DNA from: an uncultured Victivallaceae bacterium
GTDB lineage: Bacteria; Verrucomicrobiota; Lentisphaeria; Victivallales; GWF2-50-93
Length of the DNA: 64,000 bases
Reading direction: 5' to 3'
NCBI GenBank assembly: GCA_964636325.1
Contig: CAZWRV010000010.1
Location: forward strand, 29,072-93,071
Below are positions 18,378-28,415 of this stretch, one piece after another. Positions within the stretch are counted from its first letter, which is position 1, and every line of letters starts with the position of its first letter. The notes under the pieces were generated by a model. The model saw only the letters and a list, made by a program, of their open reading frames with translations, made no database searches and had not been told where the DNA came from. The position numbers and the translations under genes were made by a program.

Positions 18378-19502
18378 TCACTCCCGCATTGCCTCGTCGG
18401 TGAAGGCGAGGCAGTTTTGGAGCGGGGTGTCGGCGAGGACGTCGTCGCTGAGGCCGAAGATGTGGCGCCAGCCGCGGGTCTCTTCGCGGATGCGGCAGAC
18501 GTCGGCGCGTACGTCGTCCGGTGTTCCCTGCAGGAGGATGTTGAGGGGCATGTTGCCCTTGGTGATGATCTTCGGGTCGAGCCGTTCACGGGCCCATTTG
18601 AGCGAGGGCAGGTTGCCGACGGGCGGTTCGGAGAGGGTTTCGAAGACGTCGGGCTTCAGATCGTTGTAAATTCCGGCCTCTAGGAGAATCTTGACTTTTC
18701 CGCACGAGTGCCATAGGATGAATCCATCCATTCCGCGCCAGATCTTGAAGATCTCCCTGGTGTCCTCGACCACATAGTTCTTGATGAAGTCGGGCGAGAC
18801 CCATTCTGTTCCGTCGACGCAGTAGAAGAGGTAGTCGAAGCCGGCCTTGCGGAGCGTGACGATCTGTTTGAGTGTGAATTCCATTGTTGCCTTGCGGAGC
18901 TCCTCGCATGCGTCCGGCCAGTCGGCCATGTGGTAGAACATGTTGTCGCGGTCGACCGAGCATATCGGGGCGCCGATCCACGTGCCCAGGACCCCCCGGC
19001 CGCCTATGGCGCGCCTGAGCTCCTGCCCCTGCGCCACAGCAGCATCCTCGTCGTAGTCGGCGCGCCGCCTTACGACCCAGGCCATCCGCCTGTAGTCCTC
19101 TTCGGTCTCTAGCATCGGTTTTATGACGTGGTTTGTGAGCTGCTGCTCGTTGACGCTTGTCAGGTCGCCGAACGGCGTGGAGATGCGTGTTTCAGTCCGT
19201 GTGACACCGTTTTCTATCGTGCTGGCGCTTTTCGGCGCGATATCCTTGTCACGGGCCGCTAAGTCTATGCCGGCGAGGAAGGACGGCGTCCAGCCGCAGG
19301 TTCCGGCCATCGCCATCTGTTCAGAGACATAATGCCAGCGGTACCCCTGCGGAAAGGGATCGGGCTCCTGGAAGGGCCAGCGGTAAGGGATGCTGAGCCG
19401 CCACGAGTCGCAGAGCGGGCTTACGAAAGGGCCGACATCTTCTCCTTTGAGCAGCGCCTGCCAGCGCTCGCGTCCGGACGACTTTACGGATGAAGCTTGC
19501 AT
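18378..19502 (-). CDS. Uroporphyrinogen decarboxylase (URO-D) family protein, second copy
   Basis: 374 aa. DGTEWVSPDF...WHSCGKV..LLE and the C-terminal GLSDDVLADTP resemble the URO-D family barrel. Divergent from the 12756 paralogue. Confidence 0.7.
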   Translation of the reverse strand: MQASSVKSSGRERWQALLKGEDVGPFVSPLCDSWRLSIPYRWPFQEPDPFPQGYRWHYVSEQMAMAGTCGWTPSFLAGIDLAARDKDIAPKSASTIENGVTRTETRISTPFGDLTSVNEQQLTNHVIKPMLETEEDYRRMAWVVRRRADYDEDAAVAQGQELRRAIGGRGVLGTWIGAPICSVDRDNMFYHMADWPDACEELRKATMEFTLKQIVTLRKAGFDYLFYCVDGTEWVSPDFIKNYVVEDTREIFKIWRGMDGFILWHSCGKVKILLEAGIYNDLKPDVFETLSEPPVGNLPSLKWARERLDPKIITKGNMPLNILLQGTPDDVRADVCRIREETRGWRHIFGLSDDVLADTPLQNCLAFTDEAMRE

Positions 19503-19606
19503 GATTTTATGTGTCTCCTGAATCTTATTTTCAGAACTTTGTCCTGAACTAAACTCGCAATCCTCCGTAGTTCAGGACAAAGTTCAGGATAAAGTTCCTT
19601 TGCCCC

Positions 19607-19700
19607 AAAAGTAGTTTGCGACATCCCTGGCGCAAAAAACAGATCATGGCCACCCTCGTATGCGGAGTTCCGATCTTTGCGCTCGGAGATCGCAAGCTAC
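19607..19700 (+). repeat. Rep-E element, copy 2 (core only)
   Basis: AAAAGTAGTTTGCGACATCCCTGGCGCAAAAAAC...CCTCGTATGCGGAGTTCCGATCTTTGCGC..CGCAAGCTACT aligns with 612-705. Confidence 0.75.
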
Positions 19701-19783
19701 TTGCGCGTCTTGCTGCGAAACTACGAACGAGCGTGCTTAGGCGTTTTGTAATTTGCTCCACTCCCTATTGGAGTTCAAGGAGC

Positions 19784-21082
19784 TCATCTGAATATCATTC
19801 TGATGATGCAGTATGCCGCGAGGTTGAACGCGACTAGGATTATGGAAGGCTTGAACAGTGTTTTTATGCTGTGTGCCAGGTCGGTCTTGAAGTGCTCGTT
19901 GGTGACTATGAGGCAGATGTGGACGGGGGAGAGAATCATTCCGACGTAACCGAATCCGTATGCCATGAAGACGGTTGAGAGGAGCATTCCCATGGTAGGA
20001 TTTTCGCCGAGCAGGCCCATGACGACGGGGAAACTTGCGCCTACGAATCCGAACGCGACGCCGGTGGTCATCCCGCATATGAAGGGGACAAGCATCATCA
20101 GGACGACCCTTGGGATGCCGAACTCGGTGATTTCGCCGCTTATCCTGCCGACGACGGGGGTGCCGTCCGGCATCCTGCCCTCTATGAAGGCGCCGTATGC
20201 GACGACGAGCAGAACCAGGCCGACCATGACGAACACTGACTTGTCGAACACTATTTTCTTCCAGACGCCGAGTCCGGCCGGCCTCTGGATCTGCAGCGTT
20301 GCCAGCGCGGCGACCAGGGCGACCGCCATCGGGGCGAACTTGCTCGCTTCCGACAGCTTCGGGAGGAAAATCCTTGCAAGGGCGTAGACCACGAGTATGG
20401 CGATTATCGGAGAGAGGAGCTTCGCCAGAGCCAAGGCCGATGCCTTGTCGAAGGGATGCTTTTCGGCATGGTCTTCAGAAGGGACCTTGCTAAGGAAGAA
20501 GAAATAGCCTATTGCGACCGATGCGAAGCTCATCGGTATCTGCAGGAGCATGAACTGCCAGGTTTCAAGCGTGGAAAGCTGGTTGGCCAGGATCACTCCG
20601 GGGTAGAGCGGCCACCAGTATTCCCAGATGTGCCGGAACCAGTAGTTCATCTGCGTCTTGAGCATAGGATCTATGCTCCTTCCCTCGTCGCAGTCGTCGA
20701 CCAGCGGCGCGGAGAAGATTGCGCCCCCGGGCATGGGAAGAAAGCCGACGATGGCGGGCAGGACGGCCATCGCCTTGCCCCTCGACAGGCGCGCCTTTAT
20801 CAGATCCACGACCGTCCTCATGCTTCCAGTGTGCGACATCAGGGCGCTCAGATACAGTATCTGGATTATCACCAGCATCAGGAGGATGGTGCCCGGCGAG
20901 ACAAACTTGTCGGCGACTAGTCGGGCGGCCGCCAAGGGGGAATATCCGATCCATAGCGCAAGCACGGCCGTCCCGGCGAAAAGCGGAAAGAACAAGGTCT
21001 TGAAGAACCTGCTCAGGACGATTATCGCCAGAAGCGAGGCCAAAACTCTGGCGAGCACGGGAATTTCAAGGAATGAAGGCAT
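19784..21082 (-). CDS. DUF401-family polytopic membrane protein (putative transporter)
   Basis: More than 10 TM segments. Start moved to ATG 21082 (MPSFLEIPVL...), because the 39 upstream codons of the track ORF cover the tandem-repeat promoter region. Confidence 0.7.
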   Translation of the reverse strand: MPSFLEIPVLARVLASLLAIIVLSRFFKTLFFPLFAGTAVLALWIGYSPLAAARLVADKFVSPGTILLMLVIIQILYLSALMSHTGSMRTVVDLIKARLSRGKAMAVLPAIVGFLPMPGGAIFSAPLVDDCDEGRSIDPMLKTQMNYWFRHIWEYWWPLYPGVILANQLSTLETWQFMLLQIPMSFASVAIGYFFFLSKVPSEDHAEKHPFDKASALALAKLLSPIIAILVVYALARIFLPKLSEASKFAPMAVALVAALATLQIQRPAGLGVWKKIVFDKSVFVMVGLVLLVVAYGAFIEGRMPDGTPVVGRISGEITEFGIPRVVLMMLVPFICGMTTGVAFGFVGASFPVVMGLLGENPTMGMLLSTVFMAYGFGYVGMILSPVHICLIVTNEHFKTDLAHSIKTLFKPSIILVAFNLAAYCIIRMIFR

Positions 21083-21210
21083 ATATTCCCAAACGGATAC
21101 CAGGTGACGGATGCCAGATTTCAGATGGCGGATTTCAGATGGCGGATACCTGAAAACGGGTGAAAAAACATAAGATTGTCGATTTTGAGGCAGTTTCAAC
21201 CGGGCAGATT

Positions 21211-21918
21211 ATGAAAATAGGAGAGGAAGATAAGGGTGGGCGGCTGAAGTGCGACTTCCACCTCCACACTTCGGACGATCCCGTGGACCATATCTGCCAC
21301 AGCTTCGAGACATTGGTTGCGAACGCTGCGGAGCTCGGATATGACGTCCTCTGCGTGACGAACCACAACGTTGTTTCGCACACCCCTGAGCATGCGAAGT
21401 TCGCGGAATCGAAGGGCATCCTCCTGATCCCCGGCGTCGAAATATACGTCAAGGGGAAACACGTGGTCATAATCAACGCCCCCAAGGAGGCCGAGAAGGT
21501 CTCGGATTTCGAGGGCTTGGGGAGCCTGAGGGCCGGGCATCCCGAAATCTTCGTCATGGCGCCGCATCCGTATTATCCGAAGGGTCACTGCCTGGGCAAG
21601 CTCCTTGACGAGCACATCGGGCTCTTCGACGGGATCGAATACTGCCATTACTACGTGAGCATCTTCAACATTTTCAATGCAAGGGCGGCGAGGACTGCGA
21701 GGAAATCCGGCAGGACGCTTGTCGGCAACTCGGACACTCACGACATGCGGCAGTTCGCTAGCACCTACTCGCTGGTTGACTCGGAAAAGGACATCTCGTC
21801 CGTCGTTTCGGCGCTCAAGCAGGGGCGGGTCGAAGTGGTCAGCTCGCCTCTCTCGATCAGAACCTGTCTGGAGCTGATCGGCCCTGTCGGGAAACAGAGG
21901 AGATATATACTCCTTTAG
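21211..21918 (+). CDS. PHP-domain metal-dependent phosphoesterase
   Basis: CDFHLHTSDD (the H-x-H motif) and VTNHN are present, with later His/Asp residues (NSDTHD). The alternative GTG start is at 21160. Confidence 0.8.
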   Translation: MKIGEEDKGGRLKCDFHLHTSDDPVDHICHSFETLVANAAELGYDVLCVTNHNVVSHTPEHAKFAESKGILLIPGVEIYVKGKHVVIINAPKEAEKVSDFEGLGSLRAGHPEIFVMAPHPYYPKGHCLGKLLDEHIGLFDGIEYCHYYVSIFNIFNARAARTARKSGRTLVGNSDTHDMRQFASTYSLVDSEKDISSVVSALKQGRVEVVSSPLSIRTCLELIGPVGKQRRYILL

Positions 21919-21985
21919 GTTGAATATGCGGCCGTCAGGAGCTATTTTTGCACAGGATTTGAAAACATAAGCTAAGGGAGTCGTT

Positions 21986-22462
21986 ATGAAGAGGATTATT
22001 TGTGCTGTGGCGGCTCTGGCGCTTTTTTCCGCGGGCCTCTGCGCCGGGGAAATCTGGCAGACCGACTTCAAGAAGGCATCCGAGGAGGCGAAGGCCGCAA
22101 AAAAGTTCATGGTTCTGGACTTTTCCGGATCCGACTGGTGCGGCTGGTGCAAAAAGCTTGACGCGGAAGTCTTCAGCACCAAGGAGTTCAAGGAATACGC
22201 AGAGAAGAACCTTGTCTGCGTTCTCCTGGATTTCCCCCGTTCAAAGGAGCAGAGCGACGAGCTGAAGAAGCAGAACAAGGAGCTCGCCGGGAAATACAAG
22301 ATCAGGGGATACCCCACGGTGCTTGTCCTCAGCCCGGACGGCGAACTTGTCGAAACCACCGGCTATCAGGACGGCGGCGGCGCCAAGTATGTGGAGTATC
22401 TGAAGGGAGTCATCGAAAAATTCCAGAAGAAGGCCGGCGAGGCTGAAAGCAAGGGTAAATAG
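21986..22462 (+). CDS. Secreted thioredoxin-fold protein
   Basis: Signal peptide MKRIICAVAALALFSAGLCAG, CGWC active site (WCGWCKKLD), and cis-Pro GYPT. Confidence 0.85.
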   Translation: MKRIICAVAALALFSAGLCAGEIWQTDFKKASEEAKAAKKFMVLDFSGSDWCGWCKKLDAEVFSTKEFKEYAEKNLVCVLLDFPRSKEQSDELKKQNKELAGKYKIRGYPTVLVLSPDGELVETTGYQDGGGAKYVEYLKGVIEKFQKKAGEAESKGK

Positions 22463-22470
22463 GCCACGGC

Positions 22471-23127
22471 ATGGCCTGGTTCAAGAAGAGATTCCGGCAG
22501 ATCAAGAAGCTTCCCGACTGGGTCTTCATGCCCCTGGTGCTGCTGGTCAAGATCATGAAGTCCTGCATGCGGACTGAGGTTCGCGATCCGTTCAATGCTG
22601 CCGATCCGGCGAAGTTCCCGTATGTCACCGTGACCTGGCACAACAGGCTGCTTTTCTTCCCGGCAATGTTTCCGTATGAAATCAGGCGGCGGACATCGGC
22701 GGTCATCAGCGCCTCCCGCGACGGCCAGTATGTGGCGGACGTCGCGAGGCTTTTCGGCCTGGAAGTCATCAGGGGCTCGTCATACAGGCGCGGGGCTGGC
22801 GCCCTCTCGGAGGCGTTCGACTATCTCGCCAGAGGCTACAACGTCAGCATCACCCCCGACGGGCCCCGCGGCCCCAAATACACCATGAGCAACGGCCCGG
22901 TCATTCTCGCAAGCAAGACCGGTTTCCCAGTCCTGCCAATCGCCGTGAACTCATCCAGTTACTGGGAGATCAAAAGCTGGGACCGGTTCAGGATACCCAA
23001 GCCCTGGGCCAAGGTCACGCTTGTCCTCGGCGAACCGATAAAAGTCCCCCCTAACCTCTCCGACGAGGACATGGAGAAGTGGCGCAAGATACTCGAGGAC
23101 AAGCTCAAGGAAGTGAGCATGGATTGA
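22471..23127 (+). CDS. DUF374 / lysophospholipid acyltransferase-like protein
   Basis: SASRDGQYVADVARLFGLEVIRGSS and ITPDGPRGP are the DUF374 signature blocks. Confidence 0.8.
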   Translation: MAWFKKRFRQIKKLPDWVFMPLVLLVKIMKSCMRTEVRDPFNAADPAKFPYVTVTWHNRLLFFPAMFPYEIRRRTSAVISASRDGQYVADVARLFGLEVIRGSSYRRGAGALSEAFDYLARGYNVSITPDGPRGPKYTMSNGPVILASKTGFPVLPIAVNSSSYWEIKSWDRFRIPKPWAKVTLVLGEPIKVPPNLSDEDMEKWRKILEDKLKEVSMD

Positions 23128-23165
23128 ACCTAATTGCCGCAGTTGAAAATATGCTTTATAAATCT

Positions 23166-26159
23166 TCATTTTCCGCAGCACTTCTTGTATTTCTTGCCGC
23201 TGCCGCATGGGCATGGCTCGTTGCGGCCGACCCTGGGGGCGTTCCTGACGAAGGTGATGTTGACATCGGCCTGCTGGCCGTCGGCCTCGGATGAAGAGGC
23301 GGTGGCCGTCTCCGCCGGCTGGGCCTGGGGGGCTTGTCCGAACTGCTCGATCTGCTCGTGCCTCTGCTGCTGGGGCATGGACGCCAGCAGCCTCTCAAAT
23401 GCGGCGAGTGTGGTGGCGGATCTGAACATGTTCATGAGGATTTCCTGATTGATCTCCTGCATGAGCTCGCTGAACATCCTGAAAGCTTCGTGCTTGTACT
23501 CGACAAGCGGATCCTTCTGAGCATAGGCCCGGAGGTTGATGGTGGAGCGCAGATGGTCCATAGCGTAGAGATGCTCCTGCCAGAGACGGTCGACGGCCTC
23601 GAGGACGATGTGCCTTTCAAGCCAGAGGAGGGACTCCGGCGCCTCAAGCTCCGCCTTTAACTTGTAGGCCGCCTCGATTTTCTTCAGGATGTTCTCGTAG
23701 AGCCTGTCCTTGTCCGGGATTCCGTTCTCGACGGCGAGCGGGAGATCCCTGTCGCTGAACCCTATCGGGAAGGTGGAGTTGAGCCAGCCGAAAAGGGCGG
23801 CCTTGTCGAAGGGGTTTTCGGAGCTGGTCTGGGCGCATGCGTCCTCGATGTGGTTGTCGATCTCCTCCTTGAGGACGTTGAAGAGATGCTCGCGGGGGGT
23901 GTCGGTCACGAGGACCTCCTTGCGGAATCCGTAGATGACCTCCCTCTGCTTGTTCATGACGTCGTCGTATTCGAGCGTCCGCTTCCTTATTGAGAAGTGG
24001 TGCTGTTCGACGCGCTTCTGCGCCGTCTCGATGGAGCGGTTGAGGAGGGGATGCTGCAGTTCCTCGCCCTCCTCGAAGCCGAACTTGCTCATGATGTTGG
24101 CTATCCTGTCGGATCCGAAGAGCCGCATCAGGTTGTCCTCCAGGGAGATGTAGAACTTTGAGGAGCCCGGGTCGCCCTGGCGCGCGCAGCGGCCGCGGAG
24201 CTGGCGGTCGATGCGGCGTGAGTCGTGCCGTTCGCTTCCGATGACGTGCAGACCGCCGAGCTCGGCCACGCCTTCGCCCAGCTTGATGTCCGTGCCGCGG
24301 CCCGCCATGTTGGTGGCGACCGTGACCGAGCCTCTCTGTCCGGCGCGCGCGACGATGTCCGCCTCATACTCGTGGTTTTTCGCGTTGAGGACGTTGTGCG
24401 GGATGTGCTCGCGCTTGAGCAGCTTGCTCAGCAGCTCGGACACTTCGACGGAGACCGTTCCGAGCAAAACCGGCTGGCCCCTCTTGTGGCATTCCTTGAC
24501 CTCGTCTATTATGGCCCTGTATTTCTCGCGCTTGGTCTTGTAGACGCTGTCGTTGGCGTCCTTGCGGACGCATGGCTTGTTGGTGGGGATGACGACGACA
24601 TCGAGCTTGTAGATCTGGTGGAATTCGCTGGCCTCCGTCTCCGCGGTGCCGGTCATGCCCGCCAGCTTCTTATACATCCTGAAGTAGTTCTGTATCGTTA
24701 TAGTGGCCAGTGTCTGTGTCTCGCGCTCGATGACGACGCCCTCCTTGGCCTCGAGGGCCTGGTGAAGGCCCTCGCTGAAGCGGCGGCCGGGCTGGAGGCG
24801 GCCCGTGTGCTCGTCGACGATGATAACCTTGTTGTCCTGGACGACGTAGTGGACGTCCTTTTCGAAGAGGCAGTATGCGCGGAGGAGCTGGGAGAGGTTG
24901 TGGAGCATCTCGCTCTTTTTGCTGAACTCCTCCTGGAACGCCTGCTTTTTCCTCACCTTCTCCTCGGGAGAGGTGGAGCGGTCTGCGTCGATCTCGTGGA
25001 GCGAAGTCAGCAGGTCGGGCAGCACGAACATTTCGGGGTTGTCGGGGCTGATGGCGTTCCTGCCCTTTTCCGTGAGGTCGGCCTCGTGATGGCGTTCGTC
25101 TATCACGAAGAAGAGCTCGGACTGCACCTGGTAGAGGAGCTGCTTCGTCTGGTCGCTTCGGACGTTGGCCTCGGTGCGTTCGAGGTTCTTGAGGACTGCG
25201 CCGTCCTCGAGCATGTGGAGGAGCTGCTTGTGGGTGGGCATGCCGAACTTCACCTGGAGCATCTTGACGTATGCGTCGTTTATCTGGTCCTCCGTGGCGT
25301 TGCTCTCCCTGCTTCCGTCGCCGATGACCTCCTTCGCCTCCGACATGAGCCTGGAACAGAGCAAGCTCTGCTTCTTGAAAAGTTCGGCGATCGGCTGCTT
25401 CAGCTTGTCGAACTGGTGTGTGGAGACGGCCACCGGGCCGGAAATGATGAGCGGGGTCCTCGCCTCGTCGATGAGGATGCTGTCCACTTCGTCCACGATG
25501 GCGTAGTAGTAGTCGCGCTGGACAAGCTGGTTCTTGCTGGTGGCCATGCCCATGTCGCGCAGGTAGTCGAAGCCGAACTCGCTGTTGGTGCCGTAGGTTA
25601 TGTCGCAGTTGTACTGCTCCCTGCGCTCGGAAGGCGACATGTCGCCCTGGATGCATCCGACGGTCAGGCCCAGGAACTTGTAGATGTTCCCCATCCACTC
25701 GGAGTCGCGCTTCGCGAGATAGTCGTTGACGGTCACAAGCTGGCAGTTCCTGCCTGAAAGCGCGTTGAGGTATAGCGGCATCGTCGCCACGAGGGTTTTG
25801 CCCTCGCCGGTGGCCATCTCGGCGATTCCGCCGCGGTGAAGGACCATGCCGCCTATGAGCTGGACGTCGAAGGGGATCATTTCCCACACCAGCTCGTGAT
25901 CGCATACCACCACTGTCCTGCCGCAGAGCCTCCGGCAGACGTTCTTCACCGCGGCGAACGCCTCCGGCAGGATTTGGTCAAGCGTCTCGCCCTTGGCGAT
26001 GCGCTCCTTGAATTCGCCGGTCTTGGCCCGGATCTGCTCGTCGGTGAGAGACTGGTATGCTTGCTCGATGCGGTTGATCTCCGCGACAATCGGGCGCATT
26101 TTCTTGACGTCGCGGTCGGACTTGGAGCCGAATATCTTTTTGAGGACTGAGGTTATCAT
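23166..26159 (-). CDS. secA: Preprotein translocase ATPase SecA
   Basis: 997 aa. MATGEGKTL Walker [30 protein letters not shown], and the C-terminal zinc motif [14 protein letters not shown]. Confidence 0.97.
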   Translation of the reverse strand: MITSVLKKIFGSKSDRDVKKMRPIVAEINRIEQAYQSLTDEQIRAKTGEFKERIAKGETLDQILPEAFAAVKNVCRRLCGRTVVVCDHELVWEMIPFDVQLIGGMVLHRGGIAEMATGEGKTLVATMPLYLNALSGRNCQLVTVNDYLAKRDSEWMGNIYKFLGLTVGCIQGDMSPSERREQYNCDITYGTNSEFGFDYLRDMGMATSKNQLVQRDYYYAIVDEVDSILIDEARTPLIISGPVAVSTHQFDKLKQPIAELFKKQSLLCSRLMSEAKEVIGDGSRESNATEDQINDAYVKMLQVKFGMPTHKQLLHMLEDGAVLKNLERTEANVRSDQTKQLLYQVQSELFFVIDERHHEADLTEKGRNAISPDNPEMFVLPDLLTSLHEIDADRSTSPEEKVRKKQAFQEEFSKKSEMLHNLSQLLRAYCLFEKDVHYVVQDNKVIIVDEHTGRLQPGRRFSEGLHQALEAKEGVVIERETQTLATITIQNYFRMYKKLAGMTGTAETEASEFHQIYKLDVVVIPTNKPCVRKDANDSVYKTKREKYRAIIDEVKECHKRGQPVLLGTVSVEVSELLSKLLKREHIPHNVLNAKNHEYEADIVARAGQRGSVTVATNMAGRGTDIKLGEGVAELGGLHVIGSERHDSRRIDRQLRGRCARQGDPGSSKFYISLEDNLMRLFGSDRIANIMSKFGFEEGEELQHPLLNRSIETAQKRVEQHHFSIRKRTLEYDDVMNKQREVIYGFRKEVLVTDTPREHLFNVLKEEIDNHIEDACAQTSSENPFDKAALFGWLNSTFPIGFSDRDLPLAVENGIPDKDRLYENILKKIEAAYKLKAELEAPESLLWLERHIVLEAVDRLWQEHLYAMDHLRSTINLRAYAQKDPLVEYKHEAFRMFSELMQEINQEILMNMFRSATTLAAFERLLASMPQQQRHEQIEQFGQAPQAQPAETATASSSEADGQQADVNITFVRNAPRVGRNEPCPCGSGKKYKKCCGK

Positions 26160-26248
26160 TTGGGTTCTTGATTAAGCATGGAGCCGGCAGAGGAACGGCT
26201 TGCTGCACGCATAAGTTCCGCGCGGGCGGAGTTCTCCGGACCGGAAGG

Positions 26249-26815
26249 TCATTTGGATCCCGGCTTCACCAGCGGGATTCCTCTGGCGCAGAGCGGGCAT
26301 GAGGCCGGTTCGTATGTGGCCAGATCAAGCCGGATCAGGCTGAAGAAAGGCACGTCGAACTTCGCGAGCCCCCCGCTGCGGTCCACGATCGTTCCGATAC
26401 CGGTCACGTCCGCGCCCATGCTTCGGGCGAGCTCCACCGACTGGCCGACGCGGCCGCCCCTGGTCACCACGTCCTCGGCCACTATTACCTTTTCACCCTT
26501 CGAAATGGTGAATCCCCTTCTCAGCACCAGGCTGTCGTTCTCCTTCTCCGCGAAAATCGCCCGTACTCCAAGCGCGCGGGCCAGCTCCTGCCCCACTATT
26601 ATCCCTCCGATCGCCGGCGACAGCACAGTGTCCGCCTTCGTCTGGGCGAACTTCGCCGACAGCGTCCTGCACAGCTTCTCCGCGAGCGCCGGATACTGCA
26701 GCACCAGCGCCGCCTGGAAATACCTGTCGCTGTGCAGGCCGCTCCTGAGCAGGAAATGCCCCTCCAAAAGGGCCTTGCTCCTAAGCAGAATGTCAATCAC
26801 CTCGTTGTCAGTCAT
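26249..26815 (-). CDS. pyrE: Orotate phosphoribosyltransferase
   Basis: GHFLLRSGLHSDRYFQ and the PRPP-binding loop VIVAEDVVTRGG. Confidence 0.9.
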   Translation of the reverse strand: MTDNEVIDILLRSKALLEGHFLLRSGLHSDRYFQAALVLQYPALAEKLCRTLSAKFAQTKADTVLSPAIGGIIVGQELARALGVRAIFAEKENDSLVLRRGFTISKGEKVIVAEDVVTRGGRVGQSVELARSMGADVTGIGTIVDRSGGLAKFDVPFFSLIRLDLATYEPASCPLCARGIPLVKPGSK

Positions 26816-26838
26816 ATCCTGTCCACTTTCAATTTTGC

Positions 26839-27026
26839 GTATGAATTCAGCAAACTACGCCCTTTTGCTGAATTCATACAGGAAGGAAAATGCAAAATCG
26901 TTCGTTTTTATGCCCAAAGCCGAGATTTTTCACGGTCCTCCACCCGTATTTGGCAGAAGCCATTTGAATTTTGCATTTTTCCCAGGTAAATATCCAGTGA
27001 AAGGGCGTAGCTCACTGAATATTTAC
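26839..27026. repeat. Composite of nested hairpin repeats (Rep-B at 26839-26879, an AAAATGCAAAAT palindrome pair, Rep-C at 26986-27026)
   Basis: GTATGAATTCAGCAAACTACGCCCTTTTGCTGAATTCATAC; GGAAAATGCAAAAT (~26886) pairs with AATTTTGCATTTTTCC (~26975); GTAAATATCCAGTGAAAGGGCGTAGCTCACTGAATATTTAC. Confidence 0.8.
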
Positions 27027-27367
27027 AATTTTGCCGACACCGGCCCGACGCCGCAGCCGGCAATCCATCTGAAAAAACGCTTTGCGGACGCTCAATATAC
27101 TCCGCTTTATAGGATTGTCTAAATATATCGAGCTTATTTTGAAAAATATCGTGTCGGGGCTATTATATGGGGGGAAGTTCTGTCTTCCTCGCAGAGCGGA
27201 TTCAGCGGAAAAAATCCCGCCGCGGCGGATTTGCCGGGTTCAAGCTCTTAATTTTTCTAAGGCGGGCTTTGCCCGCAACCCAAAATTCAATGAATTCCAT
27301 AGACACATGCACGCTTTTGTGATAGAAGTTTTTAAGAAAGTATCCTAAGGAAAGCGACCGAACCGTC

Positions 27368-27895
27368 ATGGACATGGATATTATGCGCAAAATAATTTCC
27401 CTTCTGAAGCGCCTCTCCGTGGCCGTGATCCTGCTGGTGGGCATGGCCGCCGTAGTATTCGGCATATTCAACATCCGCGCGGCCTGGGTCTGCAGCCTGT
27501 GGCCCACGGTCAAAGGCAGGATCGTCGACTCAACGCCCGCGCAGACGCGCAAGCCGGACGGCAGCAGCATTTATGTGGCGAACGTCGTCTACGAATACAC
27601 GGTCAAGGACAGCACATACTACTCCTCCAACATCTCGAACTTCGGCTACGACCTCTTTTATCCGTCGCTGTCATACTTCACCGGACAGATCAGCGACATC
27701 AAGCCGGTACTGAACAAGTATCCGGTCGACAGCGAAGTCACCGTCTATTACAATCCTAAGGACAACGACGTCTCGGTCATAGACCCCAGCCTCAAGCTGC
27801 CCGTCTTCCTTCCGCTGATTTTCGGGATACTGCTCCTTCTGATCGATTTCCACCTCGTCTACATACTCGGCATATTATCCACGAGGAAGAACTGA
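27368..27895 (+). CDS. DUF3592 membrane protein
   Basis: N-terminal TM, WPTVKGRIV...YEYTV.....Y beta-rich core, and C-terminal TM. This is the typical DUF3592 layout. Confidence 0.7.
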   Translation: MDMDIMRKIISLLKRLSVAVILLVGMAAVVFGIFNIRAAWVCSLWPTVKGRIVDSTPAQTRKPDGSSIYVANVVYEYTVKDSTYYSSNISNFGYDLFYPSLSYFTGQISDIKPVLNKYPVDSEVTVYYNPKDNDVSVIDPSLKLPVFLPLIFGILLLLIDFHLVYILGILSTRKN

Positions 27896-27953
27896 CTGGA
27901 TCGCGGAAGACATACTCATTTGGCGTCAAAATGTTAATTTTTCAGCCTAAAGG

Positions 27954-27994
27954 GTAAATATTCAGTGGAAGGGCTTAGCTCGCTGAATATTTGC
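27954..27994. repeat. Rep-C hairpin, copy 2
   Basis: GTAAATATTCAGTGGAAGGGCTTAGCTCGCTGAATATTTGC. Ends 9 nt before ATG 28004. Confidence 0.8.
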
Positions 27995-28003
27995 AGGTAT
28001 GAC

Positions 28004-28399
28004 ATGCGCTGCCCGGCATGCAGAATTGAAATGGTCGTGATAGAGCACCAGGACGTCGAGATAGACGTCTGCCACAGGTGCGGGGGAGTCTGGCTCGACG
28101 AGGGCGAGCTTGAAATATTGCTTGGCGCCGGGCAAGATGCCTCACCCTTCCACGATGCGTTGGATTCAAGCTCGGCAGGTGAGCCCGGAACAAGAAGATG
28201 CCCCGTCTGCTCGAAGAAGATGGGCAGGATTGCGATCAGGCTGGATACGCCGGTCGAAATCGACAAATGCCCAAGGAAGCACGGGCTCTGGTTCGACGAG
28301 GGGGAACTGCAGCTTGTGGCCGCTGCAAGCTTTTCAGGGGGTGCCGTAGCCGAATTTCTGAACAATACGTTGGAATGCAGATTGAAGAAAAAGCAATAG
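28004..28399 (+). CDS. Tandem zf-TFIIB-type zinc-ribbon protein
   Basis: Two copies of C-P-x-C ... C-x-x-C-x-G-x-W-(L/F)-D-x-G-E-L (MRCPAC..CHRCGGVWLDEGELE and RRCPVC..CPRKHGLWFDEGELQ). Start moved from 27965, which lies inside the Rep-C hairpin. Confidence 0.75.
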   Translation: MRCPACRIEMVVIEHQDVEIDVCHRCGGVWLDEGELEILLGAGQDASPFHDALDSSSAGEPGTRRCPVCSKKMGRIAIRLDTPVEIDKCPRKHGLWFDEGELQLVAAASFSGGAVAEFLNNTLECRLKKKQ

Positions 28400-28415
28400 C
28401 TCAAGGAGGTACTTC

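Noticed and set aside
21196-22359. 387-aa minus-strand ORF.
   Set aside because: It is antisense to the well-supported PHP and thioredoxin-fold genes.
24225-25905. Long ORFs overlapping secA in other frames, on both strands: 24225-25757 + (510 aa) and 24670-25905 - (411 aa).
   Set aside because: secA is unambiguous over the whole span. The overlapping ORFs are Arg/Gly/Ala/Pro-rich, low-complexity products typical of off-frame reading of GC-rich coding DNA.
26178-27122. 314-aa + strand ORF.
   Set aside because: It is antisense to pyrE along most of its length and then runs through the Rep-B/Rep-C hairpin cluster. Its Ser/Pro/Ala-rich sequence has no motif.
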